From positions 372,001 to 436,000 of the forward strand of contig NIVC01000797.1 in NCBI GenBank assembly GCA_002269645.1: a stretch of DNA of 64,000 nucleotides. The letters run 5' to 3'. The number at the start of each line of letters is the position of its first letter. Position 1 is the stretch's first letter. The position numbers were made by a program, and so were the translations under genes. This stretch comes from Macrostomum lignano. Lineage: Eukaryota. Positions 1-11,547 of the stretch are shown one piece after another. The notes beneath the pieces are model-generated. The model ran no database searches. It was not told the DNA's origin and worked only from the letters and a program-made list of their open reading frames with translations.

Positions 1-460
1 ATCGCCCCAAACCCAAATCGCCCCTAAACCTAAACTTAAAAACCTAAAACTACGAAGCGCCCCTTCAACTAAACTAATAACCACCCTAAACCTTAACTTT
101 GTAATTTAAAAGAGTAGGAAATTACTAGCTTAGTAGCTAATGTAGAGAAAACTATTGTTACTTTTCTTTACTAACAAAAGCGAGTATACAAGGTCAAAAG
201 CTACAGGTAGTTAGTTTATTAAAAAAACATTACTTTCTTTGTTTGCCTGTTCAACGGGGCTCAGAATTGCTGTTACACAGCTCGTACTATTAATTCCGTA
301 TCGTGAGTTTCGGTAAATATGAAAACAAGTTGAAAAGTGAAGAGCGCAAAAAGCTACTCTAAGTAGTATGAATAGTAAGGTAAGTCCTATTAAGTCTACC
401 GTGGAGAACGAGCTAAAAGCAAAATGGACTGAATTAAACAAGTTTATTCTAGATCAAGAT

Positions 461-1198
461 CAGGGGCGTTGCCAACAGGGAGGGGGACAGGGAGGACATG
501 CCCCCCACCCCAGTATAAGCTATGGACGGGACATGCCAACAATGCTTTCCCCCCACCCCAGCTTGTGACCCGTTGTGGAAATCAAAATTCTCAGGGCGCC
601 AAATTATAGTGCCTGCGGCGCCAAAATGAGTGCCTTCGGCGCCAAAAAAATGAGTGCCTGCGGCGCCAAAATGAGTGCATGCGGCGCCAAAATGAGTGCA
701 TGCGGCGCCAAAATGAGTGCATGCGGCGCCAAAATGAGCGCATGCGGCGCCAAGATGAGTGCATGCGGCGCCAAGATGAGTGCATGCGGCGCCAAAATGA
801 GTGCATGCGGCGCCAAAATGAGTGCCTGCGGCGCCAAAATGAGTGCATGCGGCGCCAAAATGAGTGCATGCGGCGCCAAAATGAGTGCCTGCGGCGCTAA
901 AATGAGTGCATCCGGCGCCAAAATGAGTGCCTGCGGCGCCAAAATGAGTGCCTGCGGCGCCAAAATGAGTGCCTGTGGCGCTAAAATGAGTGCCTGTGGC
1001 GCTAAAATGAGTGCCTGCTGCGGCGCTAAAATGAGTGCATGCTGCGGCGCTAAAATGAGTGCATGCTGCGGCGCTAAAATGAGTGCTGAACAACACCGAT
1101 TCTCGAAATATTAGACATGTAGGAATTTAGTCATGTACATGCACATGTAGAATTCTTGACTTTGTCCCCCACCATAAAAATTAATGACGACGCCCCTG
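461..1198. mobile_element. Non-autonomous TIR element (MITE) carrying an internal 21-bp tandem array
   Basis: Left end CAGGGGCGTTGCC (461); the right end reverse-complements to CAGGGGCGTCGTC (ends 1198), 11/13 match. No coding capacity and no TSD found. Confidence 0.6.
609..1086. repeat. 21-bp minisatellite (TGCGGCGCCAAAATGAGTGCA), about 22 copies
   Basis: Direct inspection; explains the ACGAKMS-type ORFs. Confidence 0.97.
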
Positions 1199-1774
1199 TT
1201 CTGGATCGAATACCTGCACGATTCCAACGCAGTAGCTGCTACGTAGGAACTTTTCAGATTCAGATATAAGGAAGCGAACCTCCGACGTCATCCAAAAATG
1301 GACTCTGCTATTGGACAGATAGGGGCACCTCTCTGATGGTCTTTAATTATGCATGAGATATCATTGCTGTACGTACTGTATCATTATGTATAGTCTTGCT
1401 CCAGTTGCTGCGCATAGGACATATTGGGACTCTACCCTCCTCTCTACCTCCTCTATAATAGCAATAGATGCAAAGGAATTCCTCCTTTCTGCGTTACTAT
1501 GGTTACCTTAATACAACGGGCTCCAGACCCCTTATCCCGCATATCATTTGTGCTTGATGCCTGCTTGCAAGCAGTGCAGTATGTATTGAGGCCATTTGGC
1601 TTACCATACCCTGCGCCACTGTCGACGACAATAAAGCTTGCCTATCCTTTTTAGTCTCAGCTTGAGCGCTAAAATTTACACTACCACAGAGTTAAATTGA
1701 AACTTATAATTGTATTGAATTTAGCCAGCGGGACCTGCGATTTCATGAGGTAAACAATTATAGGATACCGGAAG

Positions 1775-3830
1775 AATTGCTGAGATGTCAAGGTTCAAGG
1801 CTCATGGGGGACATTGCTGAGATGTCAAGGTTCAAGGCTCATGGGGGACATTGCTGAGATGTCAAGGCTCAAGGCTCATGGGGGACATTGCTGAGATGTC
1901 AAGGCTCAAGGCTCATGGGGAACATTGCTGAGATGTCAAGGCTCAAGGCTCATGGGGGACATTGCTGAGATGTCAAGGTTCAAGGCTCATGGGGACATTG
2001 CTGAGATGTCAAGGTTCAAGGCTCATGGGGGACATTGCTGAGATGTCAAGGCTCAAGGCTCATGGAGGACATTGCTGAGATGTCAAGGCTCAAGGCTCAT
2101 GGGGGACATTGCTGAGATGTCAAGGCTCAAGGCTCATGGGGGACATTGCTGAGATGTCAAGGCTCAAGGCTCATGGGGGACATTGCTGAGATGTCAAGGC
2201 TCAAGGCTCATGGGGGACATTGCTGAGATGTCAAGGCTCAAGGCTCATGGGGGACATTGCTGAGATGTCAAGGCTCAAGGCTCATGGAGGACATTGCTGA
2301 GATGTCAAGGCTCACGGCTCATGGGGGACATTGCTGAGATGTCAAGGCTCACGGCTCATGGGGGAAATTGCTGAGATGTCAAGGTTCAAGGCTCATGGAG
2401 GACATTGCTGAGATGTCAAGGCTCAAGGCTCATGGGGAACATTGCTGAGATGTCAAGGCTCAAGGCTCATGGGGGACATTGCTGAGATGTCAAGGTTCAA
2501 GGCTCATGGGGACATTGCTGAGATGTCAAGGTTCAAGGCTCATGGAGGACATTGCTGAGATGTCAAGGCTCAAGGCTCATGGGGGACATTGCTGAGATGT
2601 CAAGGCTCAAGGCTCATGGGGGACATTGCTGAGATGTCAAGGCTCAAGGCTCATGGGGGACATTGCTGAGATGTCAAGGTTCAAGGCTCATGGAGGACAT
2701 TGCTGAGATGTCAAAGTTCAAGGCTCATGGAGGACATTGCTGAGATGTCAAGGCTCAAGGCTCATGGAGGACATTGCTGAGATGTCAAGGCTCAAGGCTC
2801 ATGGGGGACATTGCTGAGATGTCAAGGTTCAAGGCTCATGGGGACATTGCTGAGATGTCAAGGTTCAAGGCTCATGGGGGACATTGCTGAGATGTCAAGG
2901 CTCAAGGCTCATGGGGGACATTGCTGAGATGTCAAGGCTCAAGGCTCATGGGGGACATTGCTGAGATGTCAAGGCTCAAGGCTCATGGGGACATTGCTGA
3001 GATGTCAAGGTTCAAGGCTCATGGGGGACATTGCTGAGATGTCAAGGCTCAAGGCTCATGGAGGACATTGCTGAGATGTCAAGGCTCAAGGCTCATGGGG
3101 GACATTGCTGAGATGTCAAGGCTCAAGGCTCATGGGGGACATTGCTGAGATGTCAAGGTTCAAGGCTCATGGGGACATTGCTGAGATGTCAAGGTTCAAG
3201 GCTCATGGAGGACATTGCTGAGATGTCAAGGCTCAAGGCTCATGGGGGACATTGCTGAGATGTCAAGGCTCAAGGCTCATGGGGGACATTGCTGAGATGT
3301 CAAGGCTCAAGGCTCATGGGGACATTGCTGAGATGTCAAGGTTCAAGGCTCATGGAGGACATTGCTGAGATGTCAAAGTTCAAGGCTCATGGAGGACATT
3401 GCTGAGATGTCAAGGCTCAAGGCTCATGGAGGACATTGCTGAGATGTCAAGGCTCAAGGCTCATGGGGGACATTGCTGAGATGTCAAGGTTCAAGGCTCA
3501 TGGGGGACATTGCTGAGATGTCAAGGTTCAAGGCTCATGGGGGACATTGCTGAGATGTCAAGGCTCAAGGCTCATGGGGGACATTGCTGAGATGTCAAGG
3601 CTCAAGGCTCATGGGGGACATTGCTGAGATGTCAAGGCTCAAGGCTCATGGAGGACATTGCTGAGATGTCAAGGCTCAAGGCTCATGGGGGACATTGCTG
3701 AGATGTCAAGGCTCAAGGCTCATGGGGGACATTGCTGAGATGTCAAGGCTCAAGGCTCATGGGGGACATTGCTGAGATGTCAAGGCTCAAGGCTCATGGG
3801 GACATTGCTGAGATGTCAAGGCTCACGGGG
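1775..3830. repeat. 37-bp satellite (GACATTGCTGAGATGTCAAGGCTCAAGGCTCATGGGG), about 55 copies
   Basis: Period 36-37 bp with C/T and GGAGG/GGGGG variants; degenerate units at 3830-3880. Confidence 0.97.
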
Positions 3831-4184
3831 AATCGCTGAAATGCTTGGCTCATAGGGGGTTGCTCAGATGCATGAGCCTAAACTCATAGAGGATCCGGTA
3901 ATCTTAGGCTAGATTTCTGGTTTTCAGCCTCAGGGCGGATGCTTTTTTGCTTTGAAAATTATTTTCCCTAAGAGCATAACAACAGTGACTGTATCTGGTT
4001 AGAAGATACATGCAGTTTATTCAAAAAAATCGTTTAAAAATTTTTTATTCATAATACAAAGAAACGAAATTCCTCGTACCTGTCAAACAGAATACTAGCG
4101 TAAAAGAACAATAGGTCAGACTCCATTTAATTTATTTGAGGGAAGGAATCGGAATTCGATTCGAGTAGAAAGGGTGCACGACAA

Positions 4185-4795
4185 TTGACTGCCACAATTT
4201 GACTGCCACAATTTGACTGCGGTCAATTTGACTGCGGAAAATTTGACTGCCGACAATTTGACTGCCGACAAAATGACTGCCGACAAAATGACTGCCGACA
4301 ATTTGACTGCCGACAAAATGACTGCCGACAATTTGACTGCCGACAAAATGACTGCCAACAAAATGACTGCCGACAAAATGACTGCGGAAATTTGACTGCC
4401 GACAATATGACTGCGGCAATTTGACTGCCGACAATATGACTGCGGCAATTTGACTGCCAGCAAAATGACTGCCGACAATATGACTGCGGCAATTTGACTG
4501 CCAGCAAAATGACTGCGGCAATTTGACTGCCGACAATATGACTGCGGCAATTTGACTGCCAGCAAAATGACTGCGGCAATTTGACTGCCGACAATATGAC
4601 TGCGGCAATTTGACTGCCAGCAAAATGACTGCGGCAATTTGACTGCCGACAATATGACTGCGGCAATTTGACTGCCAGCAAAATGACTGCGGCAATTTGA
4701 CTGCCGACAATATGACTGCGGCAATTTGACTGCCGACAATATGACTGCGGCAATTTGACTGCCGAGCAATTTGACTGCCAGCGAAATGACTGCCG
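4185..4795. repeat. 14/15-bp minisatellite (ACTGCCGACAAAATG / ACTGCGGCAATTTG) with 29-bp higher-order unit
   Basis: Direct inspection; continuous with the TIR subrepeat at 4181-4210. Confidence 0.95.
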
Positions 4796-5164
4796 GAAAA
4801 ATGATGCTCCTAAAGTTTAGCACTCTGTCAACCCTTTTAAGTCTATGCATGTAGTGAAATATTGTATTTACGAGCTAGAATGATGCAGAACAGAACATAA
4901 CTTTTATACAACAAGCTGTAACAGCTGTTGAAACCCGCGGAGTTTGAACAGTGGGAAATGGGAATTCCATCTTAGGAACTATTTTGCATATATTCTAAAA
5001 TCTGAAGTTAAACTCAAGCAAAAACTTTTATTATTAGAGTTAAACATAACATGGATTACATTCGTGTAAAATTAGGATTGGAGGCAAACTATTGTTGGCT
5101 GGGGTGCGGCGCAGAATGTCAGAAAAACTCTGGCCTCTACTTCTGCCTCTCGATCCCTATGTTC

Positions 5165-5586
5165 CTTGCATCCTTTGAACCTTCTATCTTCTTTTCTGTT
5201 TTCTCACTTCTCTCTCGTCTCTTCTCTCTCGTCTCTGCTCTCTCGTCTCCCCTCTCTCATCTGTCATCTTTACTCTCTTATACTGGTATGTTCTCTCACC
5301 TCTCTCCTCTGTACTCTTCTCTTTTCCCTCTTTTGACTCCTCTCTTTCCTTAGTCCTCTTCTTTTCCCTCTTCTATACTCTCTCCCCTTTATTCACTTCT
5401 CTCGTCTCTCTGCACTCTGCTCTCTCCGCCTTCATCTCTCATCTCTCTCTCCTCTTTTGCATAACGAGAATGCGCCTAGCAAGTTTTTCAAATTCAACTT
5501 TGGGGTTTGGAGTCAAATAATAAAAGGAGAGGGTGATCAGTGGAGCCCACAAGTTTAGGTGGCGAGCAAACTCATAAAACTCCATT

Positions 5587-5632
<46 letters not shown>

Positions 5633-5665
5633 ACATTGAGGGACTGGGGGAGAGAGGAGGAGGAG
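5165..5665. repeat. CT-rich low-complexity tract followed by (GA)n
   Basis: Direct inspection. Confidence 0.85.
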
Positions 5666-5889
5666 TGGCCTCTTGTTTTCTATATTGTCAGCAGTCAAAT
5701 TGACCTCAGTCAAATTGTGGCAGTCAATTGTCGTAGACCCTGTCAGGGATAATATGGATGGATATAATGGGATTATGGAGGACGTGAAAAATTTTGTCCC
5801 AAAAGCCCCCTCATGCCTTCTACTGATTCGAATCGAATTTTCATTCCCCATTTGATGTACACGTACGCTCGGTATAAGTATCAAGAATG

Positions 5890-6503
5890 CGTCTCAATAA
5901 AAAGTTAAATTAATGAGACGCCAAGCTGCGGGTTCCAACATAAGGCCGACTGTTTGCCTTTATATGCTTTTAGCGGGCACGAGGCTTCGAAGGCAGCATT
6001 GGGTGAGTCCGTCGCAAAGTCATCTGCTTCCTCACGGGTGTTGATGGATACTGCATGGAATGCTAGCCCTTTGATAGGTTTCCTCCGAGGCAATCCTGAA
6101 AGTGTTCCAGTCGGTATTCCTGGATAGTATTCCGTTTCCAGTACAGCTGGCTTGCGTTTCGGGCGCTGGCCAGTTTAAAGAGATGAACTTTTGATCGGAG
6201 AGGGACACTTCAGGAAGCACCCGCCACTCCTTAGTGCTCTGAAAAAGCCTGGGCGTGGCAAGGGTGGTATCCAGCATCTCCGATCGGCGTCATTGTTAAA
6301 CGTACCCAAGTTGCAGAACTCGGGAGTTGTAGTGCGGTAATATCACAACTGCCCCAGTGGGTGTGATGGGCGTTGATGTCGCCCGCCACTAACAGCTCGT
6401 ATTCTTGGTGGAGCAAAGCGAAAATCGACGGAAATCAGCCTCCAAAAAAATTACACGATCTTTGACTGTAGCGTCCTGATATACTGATCCTGATAACATG
6501 ATC
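5890..6503 (-). mobile_element. Degenerate non-LTR retrotransposon (LINE) ORF2 fragment, AP endonuclease domain
   Basis: Across three frames: LLVAGDINAHHTHWGS (GDxNAH motif), LDTTLAT..WRVLPEVSLSDQ (SDH motif), TDWNTF, AAFEASCPLK..CWNPQL (linker). Frameshifted. Confidence 0.85.
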
Positions 6504-7057
6504 AACGGTCCGTGCCAGCTGTTCGTGTTCGACAAGTGCAGCAAGTACGTGAGAGAGTGCGGCCCCTGCGCTCAGTCTGGCCGCGTGTTTGTGAAGCAGC
6601 GGCGCGGGCTGCCTGCTGGCGCCCTGTGCCCCGTCGGATTCGCTGACGACCTGTGCGGCACCAAGTACAAGCTGGTGCAGGGCGCCACCAGTTGGAACTT
6701 CTACAAATCCGTAGCCGAATCGCTGCCCGGATTGGTCATCATGTCGGACGTGCTCGATCAAGCTGAACTGGCTCACCAGTACAAAATTTCGATGACGTAC
6801 GGCTGGACTGCCATCATGCACGGTGGAATTCAATCTCCGGGTAGCGACGAGCCGACTGGCGGTTTCCGCTGGGTGAGCTGCGATTTGGAGGTCAGCGGCA
6901 GTGGAAGTCTTTGGGCACCTAACGAGCCCAACAATTGGGCTGGAGCTGAACTGGTTGTGACCTCGGAAACTGTCAAGGCGGCAAACTGCTGGACAATCAG
7001 GAGACCAGTTCTGAGTACATTGGAGGTCTGATGGAGTGCGTCTCTCCGTTCGACTGA
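6498..7057 (+). pseudogene. PAN/apple + C-type lectin gene copy 1, 5'-truncated and frameshifted
   Basis: GPCQLFVFDKCSK and LCGTKYKLV are shared with copy 2; GFRWVSC..LWAPNEPNN is a CTLD EPN motif; the C-terminus (KLLDNQ..MECVSPFD*) is in another frame. Homology begins at about 6504, at the LINE junction. Confidence 0.75.
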
Positions 7058-7990
7058 TTCGCATCCAACCGGCGGTTGGAATTGGAAACATGCTGGGGCA
7101 TTCGACTAAATTTACAATTTGTTTTTTTACGTTGAGTCAAACTTTATGCCTTTTACGTTATATTTATGCTTACTGGCAGTAGAGGACATAAATCGTACCA
7201 GTCTATAACAGTTTATTTGATATAGCTTACCGGTATTAAGTTAACATATTTCTTGCAATTCTATGAGCTAAAATGTTCCTAAGCCTTTACTATAAAACTC
7301 TTTTTTTCTATAATAAATAAGGAGATGCAGCGGTTTTTCTAGAATAAAAAGTACGAAAGAGTCCGAATTGACAAGCCGTAATTACATTTTGGCTACGACT
7401 GTAATTACTGCAAAGCATATATTAGTAGTAGTATTTTACTTTACTATAAAAAACTCATATTTGGCTTATAAGTTCATCACGGCTAGACAATTTCCTGAGG
7501 GGACTGGGGCTTATAACCGCAGCTGTAGGGATCGGGTCTAAAACCAAACCTGCAGATCGTTGCCTCATCTCTGCTCAGTCTGACTGCGCAACAGCATATC
7601 AATTGTGGCGTAGAGTGCCTGCTCTTGTGTATGAGCTCTCGCTATCTGACCGGATCGTTACAGACTAATCTAATAGCGTATAGCTACAATCGTATTCACT
7701 GGCGCCACCATACCCGCATCATCAGCCGCAACAACTTGAGCTGAAAGCAACTTTATGGGCATCCGACAATATTCAGACAGGACTATATGGTATAGCTGCC
7801 TTCCTGAAAAAGCTATATGGCTTTTTTATGCAGATGATTTCATACTGGGTAGTTCTGTCTGTATGATCTGGACATCGCTATGCATAAAAGCTAGTTGAGA
7901 CTAATCCGGATTAATCTATAGCTAAGCTAGGGTTGCATCTATTGCATATGGGAGTTGTTTTAAAACATTTTCTCGGCCTGCCTCTCAGTA

Positions 7991-8361
7991 GGGGGGGGGG
8001 GGGCGTAGCCCAGCGGAGCGCAGCTGCTCTGGTGTGCCAGCGACCCAGGCTCGATTCCAAGTGCAGTCACATTAATTTGGGGCTAAATTGGAATCTCGGC
8101 TTGGCTCTGCTCGTGCAATTAACGGCCTTGAGAGCCAACCCCCCAAGGCGCAGTGAAGTGTACATGCCTAACGACAAAATAAAGTTAGGGCCGCTGTACA
8201 CTCCTGTGTGAGTGTGTGCCTGCGTACGTATCCGCGCGCTTGTGTGCCTGCTCAGGGGAGTCGGTGGAATGGGGAGTAATGCCTCGCCGGTTGTGTGCCT
8301 ATGTCGCTTAAAGTGCGCCAGGGTGCACACAACCCCCTGCCTCTAATAAATAATAATAATA
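7991..8361 (+). mobile_element. Full-length tRNA-derived SINE with 13-bp TSD and (AAT)n tail
   Basis: Box A TAGCCCAGCGG (8006-8016), box B GGCTCGATTCC (8048-8058), tail AATAAATAATAATAAT; CTGCCTCTCAGTA is duplicated at 7978-7990 and 8362-8374. Confidence 0.88.
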
Positions 8362-8580
8362 CTGCCTCTCAGTACAAGCCTTGGGAAACTGGAGTGACAC
8401 AAACATTAAAAACTAGGAGTGACACAAGCCTTGGAAAGATGGCCAGCTCTGGCCTTTGTAAGCACGGTACAAAACGAGATAGAAGTATTAATTTTGTAAT
8501 GGTTAAATCAAACAGTATTAATAATTATAGTTAATGATCCTCATGGCGTCCTTCGATTCTCTGTTGGGGGATTAAACAAT

Positions 8581-8808
8581 GGAAAATTAACCAGCAATGG
8601 AGATATACGAGCTAGAAGAATCGAGGCAATGAATTTGTGTTTTTTGAGGCGCATCTTGAGAGTGAGTTTCAGGAAAGTTGATGGCGAACACCGGAGACGA
8701 CAGGTGAAGTTTTTTGGCCATATTATGATGACAGGGTCAAGGAACTGACCAGCTGTCAGTACTGGGAAGATTGAAGGTGTAATGAACGTGCGACCGAGAA
8801 AATCATAA
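8581..8808 (+). mobile_element. RTE-clade LINE 3' coding remnant
   Basis: Frame from 8611: ARRIEAMNLCFLRRILRVSF..RRRQVKFFGHIM..*..TGKIEG..RPRK, the typical RTE post-RT signature, with an internal stop. Confidence 0.8.
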
Positions 8809-8840
8809 AGTGAAGTAAATTCAAAGTATCGTAAAGTATA

Positions 8841-9132
8841 CTGAGCCAACAGTGAAAAGTCGCCACCCTTTGCCCCAGTGAGCATGCAGTGTCTTTCGAC
8901 CAGCGTCTATCACCTGGCCAACCATTTTGATATTTAAAAAATGTTTGAAAAAAATCAATAAAAACCGGGCGGAAGCTTCAATCCATCCAGTCTTCGCCCT
9001 TCGCTCTTCCCAATACCTCCTCGCCCAGCCCAACTCTGCGTCGTGTGGCGCAAGTTGCGTCACTCAAAAGTCAATACTGAGCTAGAATTTACTGCGCAGT
9101 CTCAAAGGCGGCGACTTTTTAATGTTGTTGAG
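8841..9132. mobile_element. About 290-bp MITE flanked by TA
   Basis: Left CTGAGCCAACAGTGAAAAGTCGCCACCCTTTG; right CAAAGGCGGCGACTTTTTAATGTTGTTGAG (inverted match); TATA on both sides. Confidence 0.7.
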
Positions 9133-10100
9133 TATATATTGTATATAAAGTATGCATCAGTCAAAGCGAGGGGCGACGGGCGCTGAGCAATCGATAGCAA
9201 CGTACGTGTACATGATTGGGGTGCGGAATTTATTGGGGGTGCGGGTGCAGATCGCGTACAATAAATACAATTGCAAGTACATCACATGTAAGTACATCAC
9301 ATGCATTGACATACATGTAAGGAAGAAGAGATTGTGGAAGACAGCGAGAATAACCACTCTAAAGAACCGGCTGTCTCAATGGATGAACATACAGTTTGAA
9401 AATACAGCTTCATACATCAATGGTATACCCACTCTAACTCATTCTTCTCTTCCTATCTCCCTCGAAACCTTTTCTCATTTCCCTCTTCCTTTCTCCTCGA
9501 TCTCTTGATCCTTGTTATCTGCTTTCTCTTCCTTTTATCACCTCTAAACCGCATCCTCGCTGTCCACTATTCTTTTCTTTGTCTCTATACATGTAAATTT
9601 TCTTCCCTAGATGACATTCTGTTTCTCAAACTTAGCAGATCTTGTCTGCTGTGCCATTCTTAGCAGAATCTTAATTGTCAATCTGCTCGGTTCTTGCCGG
9701 ATCTTCAAAAAAGGGAGGTACATTTGTTTTGTGCTTCATTTGGCTAAAGCGTTCCAGCTGAACTAATATTTTATTTTATGACAAAATGGGACAAAAAATT
9801 TAAGAAAATATGCGATTCGAAGCTATATATATAAAAGCTAAGATCTTGTACGATGTAGCAAGTCGCCCAGATCTGGTAAGTTTACCTAAGTATTTATCAT
9901 ATAATACTCGTAGCGAAGATTTTGAACGTTCTTGCAAGTTTGCGCAGCAACCCAAGAAGATAATTCGATCTGTTAAATGTTAATTAAGAATCAACAAATC
10001 AATGTCTTGTAGGTTTCTAGTAGGTTTCTCTTGAGGCTTAATCCAAGAATAACTTAAGTATATATATATATATATATATATATGTAATTTAAGTGTGACG

Positions 10101-10240
10101 AGCTTTCCAGTCGCTCGGTTTTGATTGATTTTTCAAGTTTTTTTTAATATCAAAATGTTTGGCCAGCATGGTGCAATAGAAGTTGGTCGAAGGACACTGC
10201 TCACTGGGGCAAAGGGTGGCGACTTTTCAATGTTGCTGAG
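10101..10240 (-). mobile_element. Partial inverted copy of the 8841-9132 MITE
   Basis: The reverse complement aligns with about 8841-8977. Confidence 0.8.
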
Positions 10241-11547
10241 TACATTATTGATGTCATTGAATATATTGGAGGCATTGCCCCGGCCTCCCCCCCCCCAACA
10301 AAATTTAATTATTGGGCAGGCAATTTAATTCCCACCACTGCCCCCGGATCCGCCACGCCTATTGTGAGTACCTACCTCTTCCTTAGACAGTGCAGCTACG
10401 GACTACTCACATGTAATATTCGTTTATACTTAAGTAGTCCGTGAGTGCAGAATAATTTATCCCACACATACAGTCAATCTGAATCTTAATTTACAATATA
10501 AAAACAAACGTTTCTTAGTCAAGAAGACAGAAATGAAGAAAGGGCTATTAGCAAAGATCAAAAAATTATAAAACAAGATTTTATGCGATTTTTAAGAAGA
10601 ATTGTGTCATAGGCTAAATTCTCAAGCTTTGATTTTTGAATCCTTGCAATGTAAAATAAGTTTCTTGAAGTCCAATAATTCAAAGAATCGCCTTATTTTT
10701 GTTGTGATGACAGATGAATGAACGAATGCGTTCTTGGCTTGTGGGTGCAATGCGCCTTAATTCATTTTCATTTATATATATTTGTATTCGTATCTGAACA
10801 ATCTATGTAGTCAAAGTAATTAATATATATTCTAAATAATGTCTATATCTATTATTGAATTAAAACTGGATCGACTGGAACTCTGGAACGGCTATGCAAC
10901 CCTACGACTACAACTACTACGGCGCACAGGAGAACTAACAGCAAAACACAGTGCATTCGCGTTTGAAATACGATAGAAATTAGCATACAGTAAAACAATA
11001 GTAGTAAAGTACGTACAGTAAGAATCGCGGAAATAGAAACTCACCACCGAATAACTACTAACTAAACAACAACACAATAATATTTAAGAATGCCGGACAC
11101 ATCATAAAAAGTGCGGAGATTTAATTGATACATAAAAATACTTTACAGCAAACGACATTTTTACTACACGCGCCCGGCCCGTGGTGAGTCGGAGATTGCA
11201 GTGAGCAAGTGATCATGTGCAGCCAGGTCAACAGTGCAGTGTATCATAAAGTGTATCAATGCGTGCTATAACTATCTCATGTTTTATCACTAACAATCAC
11301 TATGCTTTTCTACTTTTGTTTCCCCCTTTTTATATAATCTACTTTTCCCAAAGCCAAAGCCAAATTAAATTAGGCCTGCCCTGCCAAAGCCTAAAATATT
11401 AATTAGCGTTTTCAGCCTTCACTTTCAATTAGTTAAAGATAAGATACATCTTAGGCCTTCACTACATAAATTATAGGATAGGCTTGAGCCTACAATTCAC
11501 ACTTTCACTTCAGATATTGTACCCTAACCCCTATAGGGATCTATATA

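Larger units (their letters stand above)
4172..5740. mobile_element. Putative foldback/Mutator-like non-autonomous element with subrepeat-built TIRs
   Basis: 4172 GGGTGCACGACAATTGACTGCCACAATTTGACTG matches the reverse complement of 5707-5740 (GGGTCTACGACAATTGACTGCCACAATTTGACTG). No TSD seen. Confidence 0.5.

Noticed and set aside
1-100. CCTAAA/CCCTAA runs as telomeric repeats (also 11521-11533)
   Set aside because: Too short and irregular; more like TE-terminal low-complexity sequence.
449-1114. Long ORFs ACGAKMS.. / AACTHFG..
   Set aside because: Translations of a 21-bp tandem repeat; no independent coding evidence.
1775-3830. 37-bp repeats as a CRISPR array (similarly the 28-, 36- and 41-bp arrays)
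   Set aside because: Units are head-to-tail with no unique spacers, no cas genes are present, and the context is eukaryotic.
6940-6990. Programmed ribosomal frameshift in the lectin copies
   Set aside because: Lesions differ in position between paralogs, no slippery site is shared, and they accompany truncations; decay or sequencing error is simpler.
8000-8070. Functional tRNA gene (also 40552-40610)
   Set aside because: A/B boxes are present but I could not fold a cloverleaf; TSD and tail indicate a SINE.
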